Source: Candidatus Peribacter riflensis (GTDB lineage Bacteria; Patescibacteriota; Gracilibacteria; Peribacterales; Peribacteraceae). Taken from it: DNA of 32,000 nucleotides. A program made the position numbers and the translations under genes. Positions within the stretch are counted from its first letter, which is position 1. Each line of letters starts with the position of its first letter. Positions 1 through 9,073 of this stretch are shown here, piece by piece. The notes under the pieces are model-generated. The model ran no database searches. It had not been told where the DNA came from and was given only the letters and a program-made list of their open reading frames with translations. The stretch lies in the NCBI GenBank assembly GCA_001430755.1, contig CP013062.1, positions 660,001 through 692,000 on the forward strand, written 5' to 3'.

Positions 1-1
1 G

Positions 2-607
2 CGTGATGGCGTGACCGTAGAAGCTTCAAAAGATCCGAACCGCGAGATCGAACACTTCATCGCACTGCACGAAGAGACCCGCCAGCGCCACGGATTCACC
101 CCCTACACACACGCGTTCTTTCGCTCGCAGGTACGCCGCTTTTCCGCACGCAACGAATGCACGCTCTACCTCGCGCGCTTTCAGGGCGAAGTGGCTGCGG
201 CCTCCATCCACATGCACGCCTTCGGCGAATGTAGCTACCACCACGGCGCCAGTACGCACCGCCTCTCCAAAGTGCCGACGAGCTACCTGCTGCAGTGGAC
301 GGCCATCCGCGATGCGCTCAAACGCGGTGATCACGTGTACAACTTCTGGGGGATTGCCCCCGTGATCGGGAATCGGGAATCGGGAATCGGACCCAGGACA
401 TCGGAACAAGAACAGGGATCTTCCCGAAGTCCGAATCCCGAATCCCGAATTCCTTCATCCCATCCCTTCGCCGGCGTCACGCTCTTCAAGACCGGGTTCG
501 GCGGCGGGCTGCTCCCCCTGACGCACTGCATGGATTTTCCCCTGTCTGCGCGGTACCATCTCACCCGTGCCTTCGAACTCCTCCGCAAATGGCGCAGAGG
601 ATTCTGA
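2..607 (+). CDS. FemAB-family peptidoglycan interpeptide-bridge aminoacyltransferase, C-terminal part (5' end cut by window edge)
   Basis: Frame of ORF 11..607 stays open back to base 2. Motifs YNFWGI and GVTLFKTGFGG are typical of the FemA/FemX/MurM family. Carries an in-frame insert of about 30 codons (see repeat 365..455). Confidence 0.7.
   Translation, partial: RDGVTVEASKDPNREIEHFIALHEETRQRHGFTPYTHAFFRSQVRRFSARNECTLYLARFQGEVAAASIHMHAFGECSYHHGASTHRLSKVPTSYLLQWTAIRDALKRGDHVYNFWGIAPVIGNRESGIGPRTSEQEQGSSRSPNPESRIPSSHPFAGVTLFKTGFGGGLLPLTHCMDFPLSARYHLTRAFELLRKWRRGF
365..455. repeat. In-frame imperfect inverted repeat built from tandem heptamers inside the FemAB-like CDS
   Basis: (CGGGAAT)x3 plus CGG at 367-390 faces (CCGAATC)-type repeats at 431-453. 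The arms pair with one A-A mismatch per heptamer. The segment encodes GNRESGIGPRTSEQEQGSSRSPNPESRIPS. Confidence 0.8.
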
Positions 608-637
608 GCACGATCACCTCTTCATTCCCTCGCCCCG

Positions 638-937
638 ATGCCCGTTCCCCTCAAATCCCCTCCACCGGACAACGTGACGCAGATCCTCGAGATCCTCAAG
701 CGCATGGACCGCCGTGACAGGCTTCGCACAATCGGGGGCTTCATTCGGGGCATCTTCAGCATCATTCCGATCGTGATCGTCATCTTCCTCACGTGGTACA
801 CCATCAAGTACGGGGATCAGCTCCTCGAGAAAATCACCACCATGGCTGCAGAGCAGGCGGGCCGGGTGGCGAAGCAGAACACCATCACCAACTTCATGGA
901 CGAGTTCAATGCCCTCAACCAGAAGCTGAAGAAGTAG
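638..937 (+). CDS. Small single-pass membrane protein, function unknown
   Basis: 99-aa ORF with one strongly hydrophobic segment (IFSIIPIVIVIFLTWYTI) and a charged C-terminus. The competing antisense ORFs look like GC artefacts. Confidence 0.5.
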   Translation: MPVPLKSPPPDNVTQILEILKRMDRRDRLRTIGGFIRGIFSIIPIVIVIFLTWYTIKYGDQLLEKITTMAAEQAGRVAKQNTITNFMDEFNALNQKLKK

Positions 938-948
938 AAAGCAATAGC

Positions 949-1015
949 ATGTGTCATGGTGAGCTCTGTCGAACCATGGCACATCACGTCATCCTTCGAC
1001 AGTGCTCAGGATGAC
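949..1015. terminator. Two hairpins between convergent genes (possible bidirectional terminator)
   Basis: ATGTGTCATGG (949-959) pairs with CCATGGCACAT (974-984) with one G-T wobble. GTCATCCT (988-995) pairs perfectly with AGGATGAC (1008-1015). No clear T-run follows. Confidence 0.4.
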
Positions 1016-1024
1016 AGTCAGCTT

Positions 1025-2470
1025 TCATGTTCCGCTTCCTTTCACCATAGTCAGCACTTCCTGATCCGTGGCAGTGGGCGAGACTAAGAAGCTCGGGAGT
1101 CTGAGCAGCTGTTCGCGCTGGAACGTGCGGTCCGGCGCCACACCCACCCCCAGCAGGTACCCGGCCTGCGCGGCATATTGGGCAACCCGATCGTTCACGC
1201 CGCCTTCCGGATAGCCGACCACGCGCACCTGTCCGTGCGTGTACTCCTCCAGAAGCTTGCGACTCTGCTTGAGCTCCAGCTCCACCTGGGCGTTGGTGAG
1301 TGAGCGCAGGTCATCGCCGGTGTGGCCGGCCGATTCCAGATCAAACCCGTTGGCCTGCAGGGTCAGGAGTGTCTTTTCGGTGATGCCGGATAAACCGAGC
1401 TCCTTGGTCGGGATGAAAAGGGTGGCCTTCACGCCTGCGGCAATGAGCGCATCCGAGGCCTCGCGCACGTTCTGCGCAGTGATATCCGATACCGCAATCA
1501 CCACGGCCTTGGGCGGCAGGCGCACATCCTTCTCCTGCTGCCGCAGGAGTAAATCGGCGAACTGTGCCATCGTCAGGAACGACACCCCCTCCGCTTTCAG
1601 CTTCGGCAGGTGCCGCTGCAGTGCGGCCAGCCCCCCCGCCTGTGCCAGACGGTAGTGCAGGATCGGGAGTGTGAACGCATTCTGGCGGACGAGGAAATTC
1701 GGGAGGAACGGCGACAGGTACTGCATCGCCACGTAGCCCTCTTTGCCTTGGAAGGAGATGCGGGCCCAGTTCTCGTCGTGGCTGAGAGGTTTCACGAAAG
1801 ACTGTCCGGGCAGCTCCCCCAGTTTCTCGCTCTCGGAATCCGCGGCCTTGCGGACGTTCACGAAGCCGAAGTTCACGAAATACTGGCCCTGAAACGCCTC
1901 CTTCTCCTTCTTCAGCTGATCCTCAGACACGAGCTTGGCGACGTACCGCTGCGAGACGAATCCCTCACGGTTGTCGGCCAGACGCACCTTGGCCCACGCT
2001 GCATCGACGAATTCGAGCACCGTCACCGCTTCGCCGCGCACGAGGCGGGCCACCTGTGCGGAGGTGACATTCGGAGCGGCACGCACATTCAAAAACTCGT
2101 TGGTCACCTGGTAAGACTCCTTGGTCGTCAGTCCGGGACCGGCACGCACCGCGTCGTACGTCTTGACGAGGGAAAGATCGAGCACCGGCGGCTCTGTGGG
2201 GAGATGCTGCCCCGCCGTGAGTTCAACCGTGGCACCCGAGGCAAGATCGAGAACGGTCGACCCCGATTCCCCCATATCCGCCTGGCGGGCGAGATCGCGG
2301 AACCGCGCCAGATCCTCGGCCGTGAAGGCAAACTCCTCCTCATCGGCAGGCGGCTTCCCTCCACACCCCGCGAAGAGGATGCCGAAGGAGGCAACGAGCA
2401 GAAAGGCCACAAGGGAACGGGTGGTGACGGCAGCCATCGAGCGTCGGGGAGGCTGATAATACCGGGACAT
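1025..2470 (-). CDS. Lipoprotein with two SH3b-like repeats and a C-terminal polysaccharide deacetylase (NodB-type) domain
   Basis: Lipobox LFAGC lies after a hydrophobic N-terminus. Two segments look like bacterial SH3 domains (NVRAAPNVTSAQVARLVRGEAV...; VNVRKAADSESEKLGELPGQSF...). The C-terminal region resembles polysaccharide deacetylases. An alternative start is at 2437. Confidence 0.75.
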   Translation of the reverse strand: MSRYYQPPRRSMAAVTTRSLVAFLLVASFGILFAGCGGKPPADEEEFAFTAEDLARFRDLARQADMGESGSTVLDLASGATVELTAGQHLPTEPPVLDLSLVKTYDAVRAGPGLTTKESYQVTNEFLNVRAAPNVTSAQVARLVRGEAVTVLEFVDAAWAKVRLADNREGFVSQRYVAKLVSEDQLKKEKEAFQGQYFVNFGFVNVRKAADSESEKLGELPGQSFVKPLSHDENWARISFQGKEGYVAMQYLSPFLPNFLVRQNAFTLPILHYRLAQAGGLAALQRHLPKLKAEGVSFLTMAQFADLLLRQQEKDVRLPPKAVVIAVSDITAQNVREASDALIAAGVKATLFIPTKELGLSGITEKTLLTLQANGFDLESAGHTGDDLRSLTNAQVELELKQSRKLLEEYTHGQVRVVGYPEGGVNDRVAQYAAQAGYLLGVGVAPDRTFQREQLLRLPSFLVSPTATDQEVLTMVKGSGT

Positions 2471-2515
2471 GGACCGAGGGGGTAGGGGGTAGGAAAATGG
2501 GGGAGAAAAGAGGGA

Positions 2516-4210
2516 TTACATGCGGTCGGGCACGCGCAGGGTGAGGAGCTCTGCGCCTGCTTTCAGGACCTGGGCTGACAGAGCTGTCAGCGCAAGCCGA
2601 AGCGCCTTCTGGCCGGCCTCGGCCTTGAGGATCGGCTCGCTGTTGTAGAAGGAGTTGAACTCCTGACAGAGGTGGTACAGGTAGTTTGCAAGCGTGTGCG
2701 GCATGCGCTGGGTACAGGCCTCCTGCAGCACATCCGGAAATTCGATCAATACGCCCGTGAGCGCGCGCTCACGGTCCGTCAGAGCAGCCACATCGCGCGG
2801 GAGTGCGGCCCTGTCGGCCTGCCGCAGCACCGACTGCGCACGTGCGTGCGTGTACTGCAGGTACGGCGCGCTGTTGCCCTCGAACGAGAGCGCTTTCTTC
2901 CAGTCGAAGACCAGATCCATCTTACGGTTCTGGCTCAGAATCCCGTACTTGAGCGCACCCGTGCCCATCATCTCGGCGAGTGACGCTTCGTCATCGGTCT
3001 GAATGGAATCGCGGTGCTCGGCGATAGCCTCTTTCGCGCACACGACCGCCTCATCCAGCACGTGTTCCAGTTTGAGCACGGTGCCTTTGCGCGTACTCAT
3101 GGCCTTTTCGGCGAACCGCATGCGGCCGAACAGCACATGCTCCAGCTGCGGCAGATCCCAGTCGAGGCGCGTGACCGTCGCGAAGAGCTGCTGAAAGTAG
3201 AGCTGCTGCGCCACGTCGACCACGTACAGGATCGCCTGGGGATGGTAGGTATCGATGCGGTAGCGGATCTGTGCCAGGTCGCGCGTGGCGTAGAGCGTGG
3301 CGCCATCACCTTTCTGCACGAGGAAGGGTGGCAACGTGGTCTCTTCAGGAAATTCCACGATCAGTGCGCCATCCTCGCCCGTGACGAAGACTTTTTTTTT
3401 CCTCCCCTCCTCCAAAATCGGCTGCATTTTGTCCTCGTAGAAACTCTCGCCGATATCGGTGTCGAAATGTACGTGGAGCCGGTCGTAGATCGCCGCGAGC
3501 GAGGCCTTGGTCACGCGCACCACGCCCGCCCAGAAGGCGCGCAATTCTTTATCCCCCTGCTCCAGCCTGAGGAACACCGCACGCGCTTCATTCTCCAACG
3601 CCTCATCCTTTTCCGCTTCTGCATGAAAGCGCACGTAGAGCTCCAGAAGCTCATCGAGAGAGTGCTCTTGCACGGGCTTGCCCTTGCCCCACTTCTGCCA
3701 GGCAACGGCCAGCTTTCCGAACTGCGTGCCCCAGTCGCCGATGTAATTCCAGCCAACGATGTTGTACCCCAAATGCCGGTGGAGGTTACAGAGGCACTGG
3801 CCGACCACCGTCGAGAGAATGTGATGCACTCCGAGAGGCTTGGCGATGTTCGGCTGTGAGTAGTCGATGATCACCGGCCCCTCCCCCGCCCGGGTCTTCT
3901 GTGGCGCACAAGACGCCTCGGTCTTCGTAAGCTCGCGGAGGAGCGCCATGGGTTTCAGATGCACATTGACGTATCCCGCCCCCGCCACTTCGGCTCTCTC
4001 GGTGTCCGGACTCGCCTTCAGGGCATCGCAGAGAACCTGCGCCACCTCCTGCGGCTTCTTCTGGAGCTTCTTCGCAAGCTGCAGCGCAATCGTCGTGGCA
4101 GCATCACCATGAGATCGCTCTTGCGGCCGCCTCCACTCAACGGTGAGATCCTTGAGGGAATACTTGTCGCAAAGCGCAATTCTGGCCTTTTCTGCTAACT
4201 CCTCGAACAT
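2516..4210 (-). CDS. argS: Arginyl-tRNA synthetase
   Basis: 564 aa with a class I aaRS core (NIAKPLGVHHILSTVVG), the DALR anticodon-binding region, and a typical ArgRS C-terminus ending in RM. Confidence 0.95.
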   Translation of the reverse strand: MFEELAEKARIALCDKYSLKDLTVEWRRPQERSHGDAATTIALQLAKKLQKKPQEVAQVLCDALKASPDTERAEVAGAGYVNVHLKPMALLRELTKTEASCAPQKTRAGEGPVIIDYSQPNIAKPLGVHHILSTVVGQCLCNLHRHLGYNIVGWNYIGDWGTQFGKLAVAWQKWGKGKPVQEHSLDELLELYVRFHAEAEKDEALENEARAVFLRLEQGDKELRAFWAGVVRVTKASLAAIYDRLHVHFDTDIGESFYEDKMQPILEEGRKKKVFVTGEDGALIVEFPEETTLPPFLVQKGDGATLYATRDLAQIRYRIDTYHPQAILYVVDVAQQLYFQQLFATVTRLDWDLPQLEHVLFGRMRFAEKAMSTRKGTVLKLEHVLDEAVVCAKEAIAEHRDSIQTDDEASLAEMMGTGALKYGILSQNRKMDLVFDWKKALSFEGNSAPYLQYTHARAQSVLRQADRAALPRDVAALTDRERALTGVLIEFPDVLQEACTQRMPHTLANYLYHLCQEFNSFYNSEPILKAEAGQKALRLALTALSAQVLKAGAELLTLRVPDRM

Positions 4211-4522
4211 GGATGGAAAACAACGTGATGAACAAAAGTTATGATCAGAGATTGACGCAAATGTACCACCTAAAACCCTGTTTACTAGTTGAAAACAAAA
4301 TTTGATCTTGCATACAAAAAATCTTCATGTTTTGAACACAAAATGTGTGCGTGCCAGGCAGAAACGCCATCTGGAAAATTTCTGTGTTCGCCAGACTGAA
4401 AAATACGCTCCATTCTGCACAAAACCCTGAACTGCAACCGGAGAATTTTGAGCCCTTTTCACCTCTTTTCCGTTTGGGTGCCCCCGTTTCCACTCCTCAC
4501 TCTCACCCAAGGCACGAAAAAA

Positions 4523-5356
4523 ATGTACTCGATCTTGAGAGGAGTGCGACTACAATCTGTTTCTGTGAAAGGAAGGATCACTCTTCTGGCTCTCGCCACC
4601 CTCGCTCTCTTCGGATGTACTGCGAAAGATCCTGAGCCAGTGGTTCCGGTGAGCGGCGGAAAGAGTGCCACTATCGTGCTGGATTCCCTCGCGGCAGTGC
4701 CAAAGGGTTCTGCGCGTCCGAGCGGCACTCTGGGCATCTTCATCGCCACCTATCTCGCCCAGGGATTCATCATGCAAGTGGACTCAGCCACACAGGGTTT
4801 GCAGCAGATCCTCATGATCGTCCGTGGTCAGGAACAGCCGCTCGGAGACGAGACCTTCGCGCTCCTCCAAACACTGGGAGATATCCTTTCGGTGGATGTC
4901 ATCGATCTGCTCAACCGGAGCAATAACCGCATAGAAACACTCGACCAGTACACACTGGGCCTCAAAAACGCCATCGACAACGGCACGCGCCGCGCAGGCG
5001 AACTCCAAACGGCACTCGAAACCCTCGCCACACAGAAGAAAGAACAGCGCCAGACGGTGCGCGACATCGAACGTGCGCAGAAAGAAGCCATTGCCGCCAA
5101 GGATTATTCCACCGCGAGCTCGAAAGACACAGAGCTCCTCAAGGCGCAGACCGCCCTCTCGCAGACGGAACTCACCGAAGACCAGACCAAAGACGCCGAG
5201 CGGCAACTCTCTGATCTGCTGGAACTGGCAGAGAAACGTCTCTCCGCCATCGAGAAGAACCGGGAAATCCTCCTTTCGGGGCTCAAAATCACCGATCCGC
5301 AGGGCCTGAAAGACCTGGGATTGGTGCAGGAATCCTCGCGCAGGAGCTTTCGGTAG
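4523..5356 (+). CDS. Coiled-coil lipoprotein, function unknown, directly upstream of the VirB4-like ATPase gene
   Basis: Internal ATG at 4523 gives MYSILRGVRLQSVSVKGRITLLALATLALFGC, a signal peptide plus lipobox. The C-terminal half is rich in E, K, Q and L and looks like a coiled coil. Confidence 0.6.
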   Translation: MYSILRGVRLQSVSVKGRITLLALATLALFGCTAKDPEPVVPVSGGKSATIVLDSLAAVPKGSARPSGTLGIFIATYLAQGFIMQVDSATQGLQQILMIVRGQEQPLGDETFALLQTLGDILSVDVIDLLNRSNNRIETLDQYTLGLKNAIDNGTRRAGELQTALETLATQKKEQRQTVRDIERAQKEAIAAKDYSTASSKDTELLKAQTALSQTELTEDQTKDAERQLSDLLELAEKRLSAIEKNREILLSGLKITDPQGLKDLGLVQESSRRSFR

Positions 5357-5371
5357 GCCAATCGGTCAGAA

Positions 5372-5400
5372 TTGCCACGGTTGGCCGTTTTTGCTATAAT
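5372..5400 (+). promoter_or_regulatory. Sigma-70-type promoter for the VirB4-like ATPase gene
   Basis: TTGCCA (5372-5377), a 17-nt spacer, then TATAAT (5395-5400) preceded by TG at 5392-5393 (an extended -10). The ATG lies 13 nt downstream. Confidence 0.5.
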
Positions 5401-5413
5401 AAAGAGATTTCTT

Positions 5414-7561
5414 ATGTCTGCGCCTCTGGCCGCCACGCAACCGGCAAACGTCAATCTGCTCCTCGTCGCCATCGATGAACTTCTGGGCATCCAGAAGATC
5501 GCCGAGGACGCGATGCTCTCGGCAAGTGAGAGTGAGCGGGAATTCACCGCAGATGAGCGTGCGGCGCTCCGGCGCTACGAGGAAGGTCTGCAGAAAACAC
5601 TCGATATCATCGCGCCGGCAGGGATGGAGATTAAGCGCGACGAACTGGTCCTGAATGACCTCCATTCCCGCACCCTCTTCGTCTACAACTGGCCGAACTA
5701 CGCTTTCCCCAACTGGCTCTCTGAGACCGTGAACTTCGACGCCCAGTTCGAGATCGCCCACTACATCTACCCGACGACGAACAAGGCCATCATGAAGATG
5801 CTGCGCAAGAAAGTGGCCGAGATGCGCTCTAGTATCCGCATGCTCGAGCAGCGCGGCATCGTGCGCGATCCGGCGCTGGAAGCGGCCCTGCAGGATGCCG
5901 AGGAACTGCGCGACCTTCTGGCACGCGGCAGAGAGAAACTGTTCCAGTTCGGCATGTACATCACCATCTACTCGGAGGACATCGTGAAGCTGAAGAAGCT
6001 GCAGACGGACCTCGAGTCGATTCTGGGAGGCAAGCTGATGCTCACGAAGCCGGCGATGTTCCAGATGGAACACGGATGGATTTCGACGCTCCCCCTCTGT
6101 CTGGATGAGCTCGACATCAACCGCAACATGAACACGTCGCCGATCGCGACGAGCTTTCCCTTCAGTAGCCCCGACCTCACGTCCGATCACGGCATCCTGT
6201 ACGGCATCAACCGCCACAACGACTCGCTGGTGATCTTCGACCGCTTCGACCTGCCCAATGCCAACGCGACGGTCTTCGCCACCTCCGGCGCCGGAAAATC
6301 CTTCACGGTGAAACTCGAGATCCTGCGCTCGCTCATGTTCGGAACAGATGTCTTCGTCATCGACCCGGAGAACGAGTACGTGGAGCTGAGCAAGACCGTG
6401 GGCGGGACGTTCATTCCCCTCTCCCTCCAGAGCTCTAACCGCATCAACCCCTTCGATCTGCCCAAAGCGGTGCGCGGCGAAGAGGCGCTGACCGGTGAGA
6501 CACTCCGCTCCGCAGCCATCACGCTCCACGGACTCTTCAAGCTCATGCTCGGCACGCTCACACCTGCCGAAGACGGTGTGCTGGACAAAGCGATTCTCGA
6601 CACCTACGCCCTCAAGGGCATCACGCTCACGACGCCCGACCCCGCGGCCATCACGCCGCCGACCCTCGGGGATCTCGTGGACGTGCTCAAGACCACGGAG
6701 GGCGGCGAGCACATGGCCCAGACGCTCAAAAAGTACACCGAAGGCAGCTTCGCCGGCCTCTTTGACCAGCCGACGAACGTGGAGCTCAACAACACCATGA
6801 TCGTCTTCCAGATCCGCGACCTGGAGGAACAGCTCCGGCCCATCGCGATGTACGTCGTCTTGAACTTCCTGTGGAACCGTATCCGCGCCGACTTCAAGAA
6901 GCGCTTCCTCGTCATCGACGAGGCCTGGAACCTGATGCAGCACGAAGATTCCGCGCGCTTCCTCTACGGGCTCATCAAGCGCGCCCGCAAGTACTGGCTG
7001 GGCGTCACCACGATCACGCAGGATATCGAGGACTTCGTGAACTCCCCGTACGGAAAACCCATCATCACCAATGCCTCGCTCCAGATTCTGCTCAAGCAGT
7101 CGGCCACGGCCGTGGATAACCTGCAGAAGCTCTTCTACCTGACGGACGGCGAGAAGTACCTGCTCCTCAATTCCGACGTGGGACAAGGGCTCTTCTTCGC
7201 CGGCAACAAGCACGTGGCGATTCAGGTCGTCGCGAGCCCGAAGGAGCAATCCATCATCACCACGAAACCGGAGGAAGTGGCTGCCATGCTCACCTACAGG
7301 CGCGAAGAGAAAGATCGCCAGAAGAAACCGCTCATCCCGGAGACGATTCAGCCCGTGATGCCAACAACGGAGGGCACCATTGATATTTCACAGTCGGCCC
7401 CGGCTGCCGAAACACCACAGACAGAAGCCAAGGCACCTGCAGAGGAACAGCCGGCCGGTACACCCACCGCTCCGACCTCCGAACCAGTTATGCCTCCGGC
7501 TGAGGAGAAGAAGCCGGAGCCTCCTCCTGCTCAACCACCTTCCAGCGCACCTCAGGCCTGA
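5414..7561 (+). CDS. virB4: VirB4/TraE-like T4SS ATPase lacking the extreme N-terminal module, with a Pro-rich C-terminal tail
   Basis: Walker A ATSGAGKS and Walker B FLVIDEAWNLM. The IIAPAGMEIK...RTLFVYNWPNYAFPNWL region is typical of Gram-positive VirB4 proteins. The last 70 aa or so are low-complexity (P, A, E). The ORF track start at 5372 lies inside the promoter, so 5414 is preferred. Confidence 0.85.
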   Translation: MSAPLAATQPANVNLLLVAIDELLGIQKIAEDAMLSASESEREFTADERAALRRYEEGLQKTLDIIAPAGMEIKRDELVLNDLHSRTLFVYNWPNYAFPNWLSETVNFDAQFEIAHYIYPTTNKAIMKMLRKKVAEMRSSIRMLEQRGIVRDPALEAALQDAEELRDLLARGREKLFQFGMYITIYSEDIVKLKKLQTDLESILGGKLMLTKPAMFQMEHGWISTLPLCLDELDINRNMNTSPIATSFPFSSPDLTSDHGILYGINRHNDSLVIFDRFDLPNANATVFATSGAGKSFTVKLEILRSLMFGTDVFVIDPENEYVELSKTVGGTFIPLSLQSSNRINPFDLPKAVRGEEALTGETLRSAAITLHGLFKLMLGTLTPAEDGVLDKAILDTYALKGITLTTPDPAAITPPTLGDLVDVLKTTEGGEHMAQTLKKYTEGSFAGLFDQPTNVELNNTMIVFQIRDLEEQLRPIAMYVVLNFLWNRIRADFKKRFLVIDEAWNLMQHEDSARFLYGLIKRARKYWLGVTTITQDIEDFVNSPYGKPIITNASLQILLKQSATAVDNLQKLFYLTDGEKYLLLNSDVGQGLFFAGNKHVAIQVVASPKEQSIITTKPEEVAAMLTYRREEKDRQKKPLIPETIQPVMPTTEGTIDISQSAPAAETPQTEAKAPAEEQPAGTPTAPTSEPVMPPAEEKKPEPPPAQPPSSAPQA

Positions 7562-8492
7562 GCGCGCCCGGAACTGAGAACCCCGCAGCCCGGCGATGCC
7601 CGCCGCCGCTGAAGGTTTCTGCCATGGCCGCGACATCCACATCGTCCCGGAGTGTTCTGAGCGACCCCTTCACTGCGCCCCCACGCTCCGAGAGCACCAT
7701 CGAGAAGCGCATGCCGGGCACCGCATTCACGTAATCGATCGCCCCTGTGAGCTCGGAGTAGTCGGCGCCGGTGGCGCGGAAATCGGATTCGCGTATTGCC
7801 GAGATCGCTCCGCCCTCTTCCGTGATCTCGATGTTTTCGAGCACGCGTCCCCACAGACGCAGCGTCGAAACCTGCGCCGTGCGGAACACCGCCTGCACGA
7901 CTTGCTGCCGCCGCGCCCCCGCACGCAGCAGCCGCGCGACCGTGCGGTACACCGCCGGCGTGGTGTTGCTGTGCAGAAGACCTCCCGTATCGGTGTAGAC
8001 GCCCGTGAGCAGGCAGGTGGCGATATCCCCCGTGAGCTCCCAGCCCAGGTGATCGGCGATATCCACCACCATCTCGCAGGAGGAAGCAGCCGAAGGATCC
8101 ACGATGTTCAGCGAGCCGAAGCGGGTATTGCCCGGGTGGTGATCGATGACGATGGAGGGCGTGGTTCCGTCGAAGAGGTGGGGATGCGTGAGATGCATGT
8201 CCGTAAGCTTGGGCTCGGCACAGTCGAAGAATACGAGGATATCCCCTGCACGCGTCTGCGGAGCCTCCTGTATGCGCGCGGCAGCCGGAAGGAACGAGAG
8301 CATGGCGGGCAAACCGTCGATGCAGTGGAACGAAACGCTCTTCTGCGACCAGAGAGATTCGAAGAGGAGCCCGCTCCCGAGCAGAGCCCCCGCCGCATCA
8401 CCGTCGGGATTGCGATGGCAGATGCAGAGGATCCTCTTAGCCCCGGCCAGGAGGGAACGCATCTGCTCGGCTTCCTTGAGAAGGATGGACAT
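7488..8492 (-). CDS. nrnA: DHH/DHHA1 family phosphoesterase (NrnA-like oligoribonuclease/pAp phosphatase)
   Basis: Motifs HRNPDGDAAG, VIDHHPGN and GGGHRRAAGF. Confidence 0.85.
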   Translation of the reverse strand: MSILLKEAEQMRSLLAGAKRILCICHRNPDGDAAGALLGSGLLFESLWSQKSVSFHCIDGLPAMLSFLPAAARIQEAPQTRAGDILVFFDCAEPKLTDMHLTHPHLFDGTTPSIVIDHHPGNTRFGSLNIVDPSAASSCEMVVDIADHLGWELTGDIATCLLTGVYTDTGGLLHSNTTPAVYRTVARLLRAGARRQQVVQAVFRTAQVSTLRLWGRVLENIEITEEGGAISAIRESDFRATGADYSELTGAIDYVNAVPGMRFSMVLSERGGAVKGSLRTLRDDVDVAAMAETFSGGGHRRAAGFSVPGALRPEVRWKVVEQEEAPASSPQPEA

Positions 8493-8566
8493 GCGAATGA
8501 GAGAAACAGAGGGGAAGAAGCAAAATCAGAACGAACTGCCCTCAATACACAGCGTTTCCGCTGCTC

Positions 8567-8603
8567 CTCGCCCCCTTGAAAAGGGGGAGAGCGGGTGAGG
8601 GGG
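8567..8603 (+). repeat. Hairpin plus GTGAGG short repeat, copy A (diverged)
   Basis: CTCGCCCCCTT-GAA-AAGGGGGAGAG hairpin followed by CGGGTGAGGGGG. Related to the copies at 9995 and 21989. Confidence 0.5.
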
Positions 8604-8753
8604 CCAACCGAGCGGAAAAACAATGCACAACATGATCAGGGGTAAAGGAGTGGAGTGTATCGCTCTCACGCAACCGGGCAACGCGCTTTGAGTTGCGCAG
8701 AGAAAATGACTGTCATCTGGCAACCAAATGTGAATCGTGAGAGACAGGCCGCA

Positions 8754-9065
8754 TCACCGCAGCAATTCATCCAATCGCTCCGCCCGCTGCCCGCGCGTAT
8801 CAATGCGGAAGCGGATCTTGGGAACCCGGTGAATCTGGAGTGTGCGGCCGAGAGCCGTCTGAAGCTCCTTCAGCCTCGATACGAGGAAGGCAAGCGCCTG
8901 ATCGTTCTCGAAGAGCGCACTGATCAGGCAGGTCGCATACGACAGATCGGCCGAGACCTCCACCTCGGTTAAAGAAACGATGCCGCACACCGGCGGACAC
9001 TCCCGGAGGAGCGGAGCGACCACCTCGCGGACCACGGAGCCGATCATGGCAGGACGTTTGGACAT
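8754..9065 (-). CDS. rbfA: Ribosome-binding factor A
   Basis: 103 aa from the internal ATG at 9065. The pattern ...VSLTEVEVSADLSYATCLIS...LQIHRVPKIRFRIDTRGQRAERLDELL fits RbfA. Confidence 0.85.
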   Translation of the reverse strand: MSKRPAMIGSVVREVVAPLLRECPPVCGIVSLTEVEVSADLSYATCLISALFENDQALAFLVSRLKELQTALGRTLQIHRVPKIRFRIDTRGQRAERLDELLR

Positions 9066-9073
9066 GAGAAAAC

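Noticed and set aside
4262-4271. T-box-like core (minus strand AGGTGGTACA) upstream of argS
   Set aside because: Only the GGTGGTAC core matches the T-box consensus AGGGTGGNACCGCG. I could find no specifier stem, no complementary terminator or anti-SD strand, and no other conserved boxes, so this is probably chance.
5366-7249. 627-aa ORF on the minus strand, antisense to the VirB4-like gene
   Set aside because: Its composition is dominated by R, E, D, V, G and H with no recognisable motifs. The plus frame carries clear Walker A/B and VirB4 motifs. Long antisense ORFs are expected in GC-rich DNA.
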